DNA of 64,000 nucleotides, taken from assembly GCF_016904885.1 (NCBI RefSeq), contig NZ_JADWYI010000001.1, positions 7,177,224 to 7,241,223 on the forward strand. Direction: 5' to 3'. Below, in pieces: positions 48,962 through 57,992 of this stretch. The notes under the pieces were generated by a model that saw only the letters and a program-made list of their open reading frames with translations, was not told the DNA's origin and ran no database searches. The first letter of the stretch is position 1. Every line of letters begins with the position of its first letter. Source of the stretch: [Archangium] primigenium (GTDB lineage: Bacteria; Myxococcota; Myxococcia; Myxococcales; Myxococcaceae). A program made the translations under genes and the position numbers.

Positions 48962-50323
48962 TCAGGGCTTCGCGAGCACCGCCGCTTCCAGCCGGGCCAG
49001 CGAGCGCTTGAGCTCGGACATCTCCGTCTTGAGCGCGTCCACCTCCGCGCTCTTGGCCTTCAGCTCCTCCGTGCGGCGCGCCAGGGCCTGGATGGCCACC
49101 ATGTTCACCCCGTCGATGTCGAGCAGGCCGATGCTGCGCTCGTCGGGCCCCAGGCCGAACGCCGCGCGGAAGTCCTGGGCCACCGGCCCCACGTGCCGCA
49201 CCCCCCGCTGCTCCGACTTGTACTGCCAGCTGCGCACGGGCAGCGCGAGCACCCGGGCCAGCACCTGCTCCCCGTCCACGCTCCGGAAGTCCTCCTTGCT
49301 GTCCCGGTCGGACGTGCAGGAGAAGACGCCCGAGCCCGCGGGCAGATCACACCCGGTGCTCAGCGTGGCGCTGGTGCGCAACCGCACTCCACCCGCCGCG
49401 CGCACCATGAACTGGTTGGCCGCGGTGTTCGTCACCGTGCTGGTGGTCGACTGATCTCCCCAGATGAACGCGCCCGAGTGGCCGCCCGAGTCCGCCCGAT
49501 GTCCCAGCGCGAACGAGTAGTTCGCGTTCGCCGAGACGCGATACCCCAAGGCCACCGAGCCCTGTCCACTGGCCACATTGGTGTACCCCAGCGCCACCGA
49601 CGTGAAGCCGCTCGCCACGTTCGAGGCGCCCACGCTCAACGACGCCGTGCCGGAGGCCTTGCTGACCGAGCCCAGGCAGACCGCCACCGTCCCCTCCGCC
49701 TCGCACTGGTCCCCGTAGGCGAACGAGCCCAAAGCGCTGGCCTTCGTCAGGTTGCCACCCGCCCAGGACAAAAAGCCGATGTTGGCCTCGTCCCACTGCG
49801 TCTCGGTGTAGCCCGCGCGGAAGCTCGCCTTGGAGGGGTACCACATGAGCCGGTAGCCCTTGCCCGTCACGGGCAGCGTGCCGTTGCCCAGCTCGCCGGC
49901 CGCCACCAGTCCGCCCGCCGAGTCCACCGAGAACAGCGGAAAGCCCGCCCAGGCGGGCTTGTCCGTGGTGTTGCGCACGCTCAGCAGCGGCACCGGCTCC
50001 TGGGCACTCGCCGTCGCGTCGAGCACCACGTCCGTGTTCGCCGTCAACCGGCCCTGCACCTGCCCCGTCCCCCGCACCGCGAACGATGCGTCCTGAGGCG
50101 TCGTCCCCTTCTGGAGCGCCTGGGCCAACCGGGCATCGTTGCCCTCCACGGACGTGCCCGGACCGTCCCCGTAGACGACCCGCACCGCCTCGCCATCGAG
50201 CGAGAGCCCGGTGCCCACCTGCACGCCGCTCGGGGGCGGGGTGGCGGGGTCACACCCGCACAGACCCACGATCGCGACACCACTCCAGGCCACCACGGCT
50301 CCTCGAATCGACATGCCCTTCAC
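48962..50323 (-). CDS. Tail-fibre-like lipoprotein with YadA-head-like repeats and C-terminal peptidase S74 (endosialidase intramolecular chaperone) domain
   Basis: Lipobox VGLCGCD. Repeats SVALGYTNVASGQGSVALGY...SFALGH. C-terminal CTSDRDSKEDFRSVDGEQVLARVLALPVRSWQYK...GLLDIDGVNMVAIQAL + coiled coil matches the S74 chaperone domain. Confidence 0.75.
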   Translation of the reverse strand: MKGMSIRGAVVAWSGVAIVGLCGCDPATPPPSGVQVGTGLSLDGEAVRVVYGDGPGTSVEGNDARLAQALQKGTTPQDASFAVRGTGQVQGRLTANTDVVLDATASAQEPVPLLSVRNTTDKPAWAGFPLFSVDSAGGLVAAGELGNGTLPVTGKGYRLMWYPSKASFRAGYTETQWDEANIGFLSWAGGNLTKASALGSFAYGDQCEAEGTVAVCLGSVSKASGTASLSVGASNVASGFTSVALGYTNVASGQGSVALGYRVSANANYSFALGHRADSGGHSGAFIWGDQSTTSTVTNTAANQFMVRAAGGVRLRTSATLSTGCDLPAGSGVFSCTSDRDSKEDFRSVDGEQVLARVLALPVRSWQYKSEQRGVRHVGPVAQDFRAAFGLGPDERSIGLLDIDGVNMVAIQALARRTEELKAKSAEVDALKTEMSELKRSLARLEAAVLAKP

Positions 50324-50377
50324 TCCCTGTCAAAAGAGAGGGCCACCCTGGCAAAGGACTCGCGAGGAGTAAATCCG

Positions 50378-51274
50378 ATGAGCCAGAACCCCCCTCTGAC
50401 GCGGGCCCTGCTGTCCCTGGAGGGGCTGTCCGTGGGCGACGCCTTCGGCGAGCGCTTCCTCCAGGCCCCGGCCCTCGCCGAGGAGGACGTGGCCCGGCGC
50501 CAGTTGCCCGCCGCGCCGTGGGCCTACACCGACGACACGGAGATGGCCCTCGCGCTCGTCCAGGTGCTGGAGGAGCACGGACACATCGAGCCCGAGCGGC
50601 TGGCGCGGCTCTTCGGCGCCCGCTACCGCGCCCACCCGCGCCGGGGCTATGGCGCCACCGCGCACGACATCCTCCAGAAAATCCACCTGGGCATGCCCTG
50701 GCGGGACGTCTCCTCCGAGGTGTTCGGCGGCACCGGCTCCATGGGCAACGGCGCCGCCATGCGCGCCGCCCCGCTCGGCGCCTGGTTCGCCGATGACTTC
50801 GAGCGCTGCGTGAGCGAGGCCCGGCTGTCCGCCGAGGTGACGCACTTCCACCCCGAGGGACAGGCGGGCGCCATCGCCGTCGCCGTGGCGGCCGCCTGGG
50901 CCCACCGCTGGCGGGAGGCGCGCATGCCCGCCCCGGAACTCTTCGACGTGGTGCTCGCGTACACCCCGCCCGGGGAGACACGCGCGGGCCTGGAGAAGGC
51001 CCGCCAGTGGCCCCTGGAGGCCACCCCCACCTCCGCGGCGCGCGCCCTGGGCAGCGGCCAGCGCGTGCTCGCCCAGGACACGGTGCCCTTCTGTGTCTGG
51101 AGCGCGGCCCGCCACCTCGGGGAATACCCCGAGGCCCTCTGGAGCACCGTGGCGGGCAAGGGCGACCGGGACACCACCTGCGCCATCGTGGGCGGGCTCG
51201 TCGCGCTGAGCGCGGGCCGCGAGTCCATTCCCCCCGCATGGCTCACCGCTCGCGAGCCCCTCCCCCGCCGATAG
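50378..51274 (+). CDS. ADP-ribosylglycohydrolase family protein (ARH/DraG-like)
   Basis: ATG at 50378 preceded by GAGGAG. 298 aa. ARH-type motifs (SLEGLSVGDAFG, YTDDTEMALAL, GSMGNGAAMRAAPLG, DTVPFCVWSAARH, GDRDTTCAIVGGLV). The track ORF 49193..51274 is an antisense-extended version. Confidence 0.8.
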   Translation: MSQNPPLTRALLSLEGLSVGDAFGERFLQAPALAEEDVARRQLPAAPWAYTDDTEMALALVQVLEEHGHIEPERLARLFGARYRAHPRRGYGATAHDILQKIHLGMPWRDVSSEVFGGTGSMGNGAAMRAAPLGAWFADDFERCVSEARLSAEVTHFHPEGQAGAIAVAVAAAWAHRWREARMPAPELFDVVLAYTPPGETRAGLEKARQWPLEATPTSAARALGSGQRVLAQDTVPFCVWSAARHLGEYPEALWSTVAGKGDRDTTCAIVGGLVALSAGRESIPPAWLTAREPLPRR

Positions 51275-51293
51275 GCACGGCGCGAGCGCGGGC

Positions 51294-54200
51294 TCAGAAA
51301 CGCACGCACGCCTTGGCGTTGATGGAGGCCTCGGACTTCGCGCCGAGATCGATGGGTTCGATCGAGACCTGGCCATCGAAGAAGGACACGAAGGCGGGCC
51401 CAAACCCCACGCCCCCCTCTCCCTTGAAGGAGGGACCACACGGCCCCAGCGAGACCTCGGCGCTCACCTTCATCTTCGACCCCAGCGCCGCGTTGGTGAT
51501 CTCCGCCTTGACCGAGACCCCAGGATCGGCCAAGCCCCCGAACGGCTTGAACTCGAAACCCAAGCCCGCCCCGAAGCCCACCTGGCCGCAGGCGGAGAAC
51601 CCCTGGCCGGGAACCCAGGCCAGCTCGAACCCCCCACCCACTCCGTCGTACCCGGAGAACCCGATGGAGATGAAACCCGTCGGATCGACGCGGTTGACCG
51701 GGTCGCCCATCGCGTATTGATACAGGTTGAGCTGCCCCCCCGCGAAGCGCAGGGGATCTCGCGCCGTCCAGCGGCCCGCCTCCGCGTCGTAATCGCGGAC
51801 CCCGAAACGGGTGAGCCCACTGTGGCTGTCATAGAGGCCGCCCGCGAAGCCGAAGGGCTGGAAGCCTGGATTGGAATCGGACAGCACCTCGCCAAAAGGG
51901 CCATACTCCAGGGACTGCTCGACAACACCCGTGGAGGCATTGACGACCAGACGGATGCTGCCCAGCTGGTCGGTGAGGAGGCGGTAGGTGACACCATCCT
52001 TGAGCATGTAGTCGGGGACATGGCGCTGGCTGGCGTAGACGAAGCGGGAGACGACGGCGCCCGCGCCATCCAGCTCGGCCACCACACGCACGGGCCCGTC
52101 ATAGAGAAAGCCCTGGACCAAGGTGCCGCCGAGACGCTTGCCCACCCTGCGACTGGAGGCGTCCAGCACATAGTCCACTTGGGTGCCGTCGGGCAGCTGC
52201 ACGTGGGTGAGCGCCCCCAGGGCATCGTAGACGTACTGGGTGGGGGCGGCCTCGGACGAGCGCGAGCGCTGTTGCAAGTCGCCGTTGAGGCCAAAGGCGT
52301 AGGTGGCGGCCCCCTGCGTCTGGAGTCGCTCCTGGGCGTCATAGGTGGCGGTGAGGGTAGCGCCCCCCTGGGTGAGCGAGGTGCGGTTGCCATTGAGGTC
52401 GTAGCCGTAGGCGGAATAGGGCGCTCCGTCCAACGTCACGGCGTGGAGACGCCCGGCCAGGTCATAGGCGTACCCCCACACGCGGGTCACGCCTGACGTG
52501 GCTTCCGTCTTGGAGGTGATCCGCCCGGCGACGTCCCGGTCCAGGATGAGGCTGTAGAGGGGGGTGCTTCCCCAGACAGCGGACAGCGCTCGCACCTCGC
52601 CATGGGCATTGTACTGCTGCTCGGTCCTCACCTGGTCCAGGGTGGTCGTGGACAGCAACCCGGTGTCTTGCCCGCGCCCCAGGGAGAGCGCGCCCGCGGA
52701 GATGAGCAGGCCATCCAAATCATACGCATAGGCGAAGGACTGCCCCTGCACCTCGAGCGCCTGGAGGGAGAAGTCGGGGGTATAGGTGTAGCTCACGCCG
52801 CCCTGGACCTCGCCACTCCACGCCACGCTCTTCACCAAGGGCCCGTCATAGGCATACGCCAGGCTAGGACCCGCGCTGTCCGTGAGGGCCGCGAGATGGC
52901 CCTGGGCGTCATACACAAAATCCACCGTGGTCCGGGGCGTGGTGAGCGCGTCCACCCGGCCCGCGCCGTCCCTGGCCAGTTGCACGGAAGCACCGTCTGG
53001 CAGGGAGATGGACGTGAGGGCCCCGTCCCCGTTGTAGGCATACCGCGTGGGAGACAGGGGCGCGGAGGAGAGCGGAGGCGGGGTGTCGCTGTCCACGGTG
53101 TCGGCCGGGGTGTAGCGGAAGTCATGGGCGGAGCGCCCGGGGGGAACCATCCGGGTGAGATTGCCGTGGGCATCGGACGCGAGCCCCACGGTGCGGCCTC
53201 CTGGGAGCCGCTCGGCGGTGAGGCGACCCGCCCCGTTGTAGCTGAAGTCCGTGGTGCGCCCGAGGACGTCCTCCACCGTCGCCAGGTAGCCCGCGGCGTC
53301 GTAAGTATAGGTTTCCGTGCGCTCGCCTTGCGTCACCTTCCAGGGACGTCCCTCGGCGTCATAGCTGTACTCCAGGGGCAGCACGCCCACGACCTCCTGC
53401 CGGACCAGTCTTCCCCGCGCATCCAAGACGGAGGTGGCTAGGCGCCCACTGGGGCTCCGGGTCCTGAGGGTGCGGCTCGCGACCGCGTACGTGGCCGTCT
53501 GCGTGCGTCCATTCTGGCTGCGCGTGTCCACCACGGTCTCGAGCCCCTTCGTGACATCCCCCTGGACGTAGGTGGCCACATTGCCGTGGGTGGAGCTGGA
53601 GGTGAGGCCCCCCGGCAGCGTCACCTGAACGGAGGAGCGCAGGGGCACCTGCATCCCGAAGCGTGCGTCCGGGCCCAGCACTTCCGTGGTGCGGGTGCCA
53701 TCCGGCGCCAGGGTGGTCGTGGTGCTTCCGTCCGCCGTCCGCAGGCTCGATGTGACCGTGCCATCCGGCGCCGTGGTGGTGCGCTGCTGCCCTCCTCCCG
53801 CCAGTTCCCGCACCTGGTAGCGGGTGGTGGTCCCCAAGGCGGTGGAGACGGCGACCGAGTAGCCATCCTCGGCATCCGTTCGCGACAGGTGCTTGTAGCC
53901 CCCCGTGGGCTGGGTGTCCCGCGCCAGCCTTCCCCGAGCGTCATAGGTGTACTGGTGCAAGCCGCCTCGGGCATCCCGCATCGAGGTGAGCAGCCCATGG
54001 GTGGAGTGCTCGAGTTCCACGCGCTCTCCCGCCGGGTTCGTCAGGGAGGAGAGGTAGCCCTGGACATCCCATGTCAGGCGGGTGCGCTGGCCATGAGGGG
54101 CGATGATCGCCAGGGGCTTGCCCGAGGTGTCCCGCTCGATCCGGGTGACCAGTCCGTCTCCATCCGTCACCGAGGTGAGCCGACCGTCCGTGCTGTAGTC

Positions 54201-57200
54201 GAACTGGTAGTGGAGCGCCCCCGTCAGTGCATTCACGGTGCGAAGGTGCCGGCCCCCAGACCCGAAGACGTACACCTCACCGCCGGCCTCGGAGAGGATG
54301 GAGATGCCGCCGACAGAAGAGGCGCTCAATGGCGCGGGGCGCACGGCGCGAACACGGTGGTTGTTCCTATCCGCGATGTACAGAGTGCCGTCTGGCCCGA
54401 CGGCGATGCGGGATGTGCCATTGAAACGAGCCAGGGTGGCTGGCCCTCCATCACCGCCAAAACCGCCCGTGCCCGGTGTCCCCGAGCCCGCCACGGTGGT
54501 GATGAGGCCTTCCGGGTCCACGCGCCGAATGCGTTGGTTGAAGTCATCCGCGATATACAGACTGCCGTCCGGGCCCACGGCGACATCCTGCGGGTACAGG
54601 AAACGAGCCAGGGTGGCCGGCCCCCCATCGCCGTCAAAACCGCCCGTACCCGGTGTCCCCGAGCCCGCCACGGTGGTCACGGTGCCCTCCGGGCCCACAC
54701 GCCGAATGCGTTGGTTGCCCGTATCCGCGATGTACACGCTCCCGTCCGGGCCCACGGCGACCCCCCTTGGGTAATTGAAACGCGCCAGGGCGGCCGGTCC
54801 GCCATCGCCGCCAAAGCCCGACGTCCCCGTGCCCGCCACGGTGGAAATACGGCCCTTCGGGTCCACGCGCCGGATGCGCTGGTTGAAGACATCCGCGATG
54901 TACAGACTGCCGTCGGGTGCCACGGCGACACTCTCCGGAGAGCTGAAGTAGGCCTGGGTGGCCGGCCCCCCATCGCCGCCAAAGGTGCCATGACCCGGTA
55001 TCCCCGAGCCCGCCACGGTGATCATGGTGCCATTCGGGCGCACGCGCCGGATGCGTTGATTTTTCCTATCCGCGATATACAGGCTGCCGTCCGGGCCCAC
55101 GGCGACAGCGGATGGGCTGTCGAGGTACATCGAGTTGCCAAGCTCCCCCTCGTTGCCGTTCAGTCCCGGCAAGCCGACAATACCCGCCACGGTTTTGATG
55201 CTGCCGTCTGGACTCACCCGCCGGACGCGGTGGGAATAGAGTTCCACGAGATAGAAGGCCCCATCTGGCCCGACGGCGACCCCCACGGGTTGGCCCACAT
55301 GGGTCTGCGTTGCTGACAATGAGTCGAGTGAATAGGCGAGGACGCCCGTACCCGCCACGGTGAAGATGTTGCCCGCGGTGAGCGACCCTGAGCTTGTCTC
55401 CCCATGGCCGAAAAGGATCCGGCCGCCGTGGGGATCCCACTGGTGGTGCACGGACAGTCGCCAGCCCCCCAGGTCTTCAGGCGACTCGCTCCATCCACCC
55501 ACCCGAGAGCGCCACGACTGCCAGGAGGTCATCTCCCTCCGCTCTCGGTTGGAAGTGACGGGCTCCGAACCCAGTTGCGCGAAGGAATCGGGGAACTCGG
55601 CGGGCTTCAAATAGACGAGCGGGTAGCGATAACCCGTCCTGCCCGTAACGACCGCCTCACCTTGCACCTTTCGGCCGTAGGCATCCTTCCCATCCCATGT
55701 GAACGAGAGCGTCTGGTGAGGCGCGGCGGGCAGCTCGTAAGTGAAGGCTCTGCCCGCGACATTCACCTCGACGACGATTCCCTCGAGCGAGGGCGGCACC
55801 GAGGCACCACTGACAGGAATGCGCAGGGTGTTCTTGTCTTGCCCCCGCACCCGGTCACTCCGGTAGTGCAGGCGCGAGGACGTCCCCGTGAGCGGCAGTG
55901 ACTCGCCCAATGCCTGGTTCTGACAATCAATGACGCTGCCCTTCTGGCAATCCGGCTTGTTCTCGGGACCCGCCTGGGGCGGCGCGTTCGTCGGAGGCCG
56001 CGCCCCCGGGGGAGGCCCATAGGGCCAGTTGTAATCCCACGGAGTGAAGTGGCTCACGGGGACGCGCCACAGGCTCTTGCCCACCGGGTAGAGGCTGGCC
56101 AACTGCCGCTGCTCGGCCTCGGAGATGCCCAGCGTGGCCAGCACCGCGGCGCTGTCCGGCACGCCGTCTCCCGTGACATCCAGTTGCGCCACACCCTCGA
56201 GGACGCCGTGCACCTGGAGGATGCGGCCGTTGGTCGAGGGCAGCCAGACCCCTCGCCGCCGATCGTAATAGCCCGAGGGCACGGTGCCGCCCACGGGGAA
56301 GCCCAGGAAGTTGTCCACGTAGGAGGCCACGGGCTGGGTGAAGCGCACCTCCTGGCTGTCCAGCGCCAGGGCCTCGTCCAGGGACAGCTCCACCGCGTAG
56401 GTGTACCCGCTGGTGGGAGGCAGATGCGCCGGCATGGAGGCGGGCCCCTCCTCGCCCACCGTGTACTCGGTGGCGCGCACCGTGGCCGAATAGAGGGGCA
56501 CCTCGTCCCCATTGGCCAGGACGGCCAGGGCCTGGGTGCCCGGGGCGAAGAGGAGCGTGGCCTGCCGGGTGCCATCCGCGTCCGTGACCGGGCTGCCTCG
56601 CGCCACCTGGTGGGTGGTGCTCGTGCCGCTGAAGTCCACGGGCGTGCCCTGGGGGTCCAACGGGACGAGCACCACGTCCGGCAGCCAGGCGAAATCTCCC
56701 CAAGGGACGTGGAGCTGGCGCTGAGACGGCAGCAGTCCCTCGGCCTCGTACCTCACGGTGAGGAGGCCTCCGCCATTCACGGCCAGGTCGAAGAGGCCAT
56801 CCTCCCGTGTGAGGGTGTGGCCATACTCCGGATGGTCGAGCACGGAGACGCGCACCTCCTCCAGCGGGTAGCCCTGACGTGAGCGCACCTTGCCGCGCAG
56901 CACCGCCAAGCGATGGGGCACCAGGGTGCCGGGGGCCACGCCCACCTGGATGGGGTCCTCTCCCGAGTAGAGGAAGGACACGGCGTCCACGAAGGGCGTC
57001 ACCGCGAACGGGGACAGCGCGGGCGCGCGCTCCTCGGGGGCGGGCGGAAGGTCGAAGGGCGGCACGTCCACATGCAGGGCGGCGACGGACTCCTGGACCA
57101 GCGAGCCGTAGGCATTTCCCTGGCCATCCCGCCAGGACAGCGCCACCTGGGTCCGCTGGGCCTGCCCCTCGAGCGCCCGCAGGCGCGCGGCGTACGCCGA

Positions 57201-57905
57201 GACGGTTTCACCCCGCTGCCTCACGGGAAGTGGAGGCGGCGTCCAGGTCACCGCCTTGTTCCAGGTGGCGCCCGGCGCCATCGCGTCCAAGGCCACCTCC
57301 ACCCGCGTGGCGTCGGACAACACCACCTGGAGACTTCCCGAGGCGGTCCCCGCCAACCCCCCGTTGGTGACCGTCACGGTATAGGTGATCGCCTCTCCCG
57401 GCAGTGCCACCACGGGGCCTTCCAGGCGCAGGGAGAGACGCGGCAGTACCACGCGACCGTCCGAGGACAACGAGAGGGGCTTGGCCTGAACTCCCGGGGT
57501 CTCGGCGAAATGAACCTCCCCTCGCGATACGAGCGGCTGCCGCTCCAGGTCCTCCAGACGTTGGTGGTAGGAGGCGAGCGACTCGGATTCCCCCCGCGGC
57601 GCCGCGACCGGCGCCGCCAGGTGGAAGGTCACGGTGCGCTCTTCCCCCACCGCCAGGGCACCCACCCGCTCCTCGGCGGAAGGCGGCTGCGTTCCCTGGA
57701 AAGCCTCCCCCACTCGCACGTCGTCCACCGGTACGGAGGACGTGTTGGTCAGTCGTACCAGGACATCGAACCCCTGCCCCGGCAGCACCTCCAAGGGTTG
57801 TGTCTGTGTGGCCACGAGCGAGGCCGGTACCGGGGCGGCGCTGTCACATGCCCCCATCCCCAGCAGCATCCACAGCGCCACCACACGAATGGTCAACGAA
57901 GACAT
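51294..57905 (-). CDS. Teneurin-like RHS/YD-repeat protein: signal peptide, DUF11/CARDB-like repeats, 5 NHL repeats, YD-repeat shell, RHS core, 125-aa Gly-rich C-terminal domain of unknown function
   Basis: Met at 57905 (MSSLTIRVVALWMLLGMGAC). NHL units (LYIADRKNQRIRRV, LYIADVFNQRIRRV, VYIADTGNQRIRRV, LYIADDFNQRIRRV, LYIADRNNHRVRAV). Many YD motifs (YTYDARGRL, YSYDAEGRP, YAYDLAGRL...). RHS core terminus RDPLRFAGGQLNLYQYAMGDPVNRVDPTGF. Then a novel C-terminal domain. Confidence 0.85.
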   Translation of the reverse strand: MSSLTIRVVALWMLLGMGACDSAAPVPASLVATQTQPLEVLPGQGFDVLVRLTNTSSVPVDDVRVGEAFQGTQPPSAEERVGALAVGEERTVTFHLAAPVAAPRGESESLASYHQRLEDLERQPLVSRGEVHFAETPGVQAKPLSLSSDGRVVLPRLSLRLEGPVVALPGEAITYTVTVTNGGLAGTASGSLQVVLSDATRVEVALDAMAPGATWNKAVTWTPPPLPVRQRGETVSAYAARLRALEGQAQRTQVALSWRDGQGNAYGSLVQESVAALHVDVPPFDLPPAPEERAPALSPFAVTPFVDAVSFLYSGEDPIQVGVAPGTLVPHRLAVLRGKVRSRQGYPLEEVRVSVLDHPEYGHTLTREDGLFDLAVNGGGLLTVRYEAEGLLPSQRQLHVPWGDFAWLPDVVLVPLDPQGTPVDFSGTSTTHQVARGSPVTDADGTRQATLLFAPGTQALAVLANGDEVPLYSATVRATEYTVGEEGPASMPAHLPPTSGYTYAVELSLDEALALDSQEVRFTQPVASYVDNFLGFPVGGTVPSGYYDRRRGVWLPSTNGRILQVHGVLEGVAQLDVTGDGVPDSAAVLATLGISEAEQRQLASLYPVGKSLWRVPVSHFTPWDYNWPYGPPPGARPPTNAPPQAGPENKPDCQKGSVIDCQNQALGESLPLTGTSSRLHYRSDRVRGQDKNTLRIPVSGASVPPSLEGIVVEVNVAGRAFTYELPAAPHQTLSFTWDGKDAYGRKVQGEAVVTGRTGYRYPLVYLKPAEFPDSFAQLGSEPVTSNRERREMTSWQSWRSRVGGWSESPEDLGGWRLSVHHQWDPHGGRILFGHGETSSGSLTAGNIFTVAGTGVLAYSLDSLSATQTHVGQPVGVAVGPDGAFYLVELYSHRVRRVSPDGSIKTVAGIVGLPGLNGNEGELGNSMYLDSPSAVAVGPDGSLYIADRKNQRIRRVRPNGTMITVAGSGIPGHGTFGGDGGPATQAYFSSPESVAVAPDGSLYIADVFNQRIRRVDPKGRISTVAGTGTSGFGGDGGPAALARFNYPRGVAVGPDGSVYIADTGNQRIRRVGPEGTVTTVAGSGTPGTGGFDGDGGPATLARFLYPQDVAVGPDGSLYIADDFNQRIRRVDPEGLITTVAGSGTPGTGGFGGDGGPATLARFNGTSRIAVGPDGTLYIADRNNHRVRAVRPAPLSASSVGGISILSEAGGEVYVFGSGGRHLRTVNALTGALHYQFDYSTDGRLTSVTDGDGLVTRIERDTSGKPLAIIAPHGQRTRLTWDVQGYLSSLTNPAGERVELEHSTHGLLTSMRDARGGLHQYTYDARGRLARDTQPTGGYKHLSRTDAEDGYSVAVSTALGTTTRYQVRELAGGGQQRTTTAPDGTVTSSLRTADGSTTTTLAPDGTRTTEVLGPDARFGMQVPLRSSVQVTLPGGLTSSSTHGNVATYVQGDVTKGLETVVDTRSQNGRTQTATYAVASRTLRTRSPSGRLATSVLDARGRLVRQEVVGVLPLEYSYDAEGRPWKVTQGERTETYTYDAAGYLATVEDVLGRTTDFSYNGAGRLTAERLPGGRTVGLASDAHGNLTRMVPPGRSAHDFRYTPADTVDSDTPPPLSSAPLSPTRYAYNGDGALTSISLPDGASVQLARDGAGRVDALTTPRTTVDFVYDAQGHLAALTDSAGPSLAYAYDGPLVKSVAWSGEVQGGVSYTYTPDFSLQALEVQGQSFAYAYDLDGLLISAGALSLGRGQDTGLLSTTTLDQVRTEQQYNAHGEVRALSAVWGSTPLYSLILDRDVAGRITSKTEATSGVTRVWGYAYDLAGRLHAVTLDGAPYSAYGYDLNGNRTSLTQGGATLTATYDAQERLQTQGAATYAFGLNGDLQQRSRSSEAAPTQYVYDALGALTHVQLPDGTQVDYVLDASSRRVGKRLGGTLVQGFLYDGPVRVVAELDGAGAVVSRFVYASQRHVPDYMLKDGVTYRLLTDQLGSIRLVVNASTGVVEQSLEYGPFGEVLSDSNPGFQPFGFAGGLYDSHSGLTRFGVRDYDAEAGRWTARDPLRFAGGQLNLYQYAMGDPVNRVDPTGFISIGFSGYDGVGGGFELAWVPGQGFSACGQVGFGAGLGFEFKPFGGLADPGVSVKAEITNAALGSKMKVSAEVSLGPCGPSFKGEGGVGFGPAFVSFFDGQVSIEPIDLGAKSEASINAKACVRF

Positions 57906-57992
57906 GTGCGCCCCCCAGGCGCACGAGCCTACCGTCGACGGTGACCCCACCGACGGCCTCGTTCGACAGACGTTGGGCCGGAAACAAGGGAA

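Noticed and set aside
49193-51274. 693-aa ORF in the track
   Set aside because: Only the last 298 codons (from the ATG at 50378 with a GAGGAG SD) form the ADP-ribosylglycohydrolase. The upstream 395 codons are antisense to the tail-fibre-like gene and are low-complexity.
50378-51274. ARH as the dedicated immunity protein of the adjacent RHS toxin
   Set aside because: The gene is convergent rather than downstream on the same strand. The RHS C-terminal domain also shows no ADP-ribosyltransferase motifs. It is kept only as a low-confidence hypothesis.
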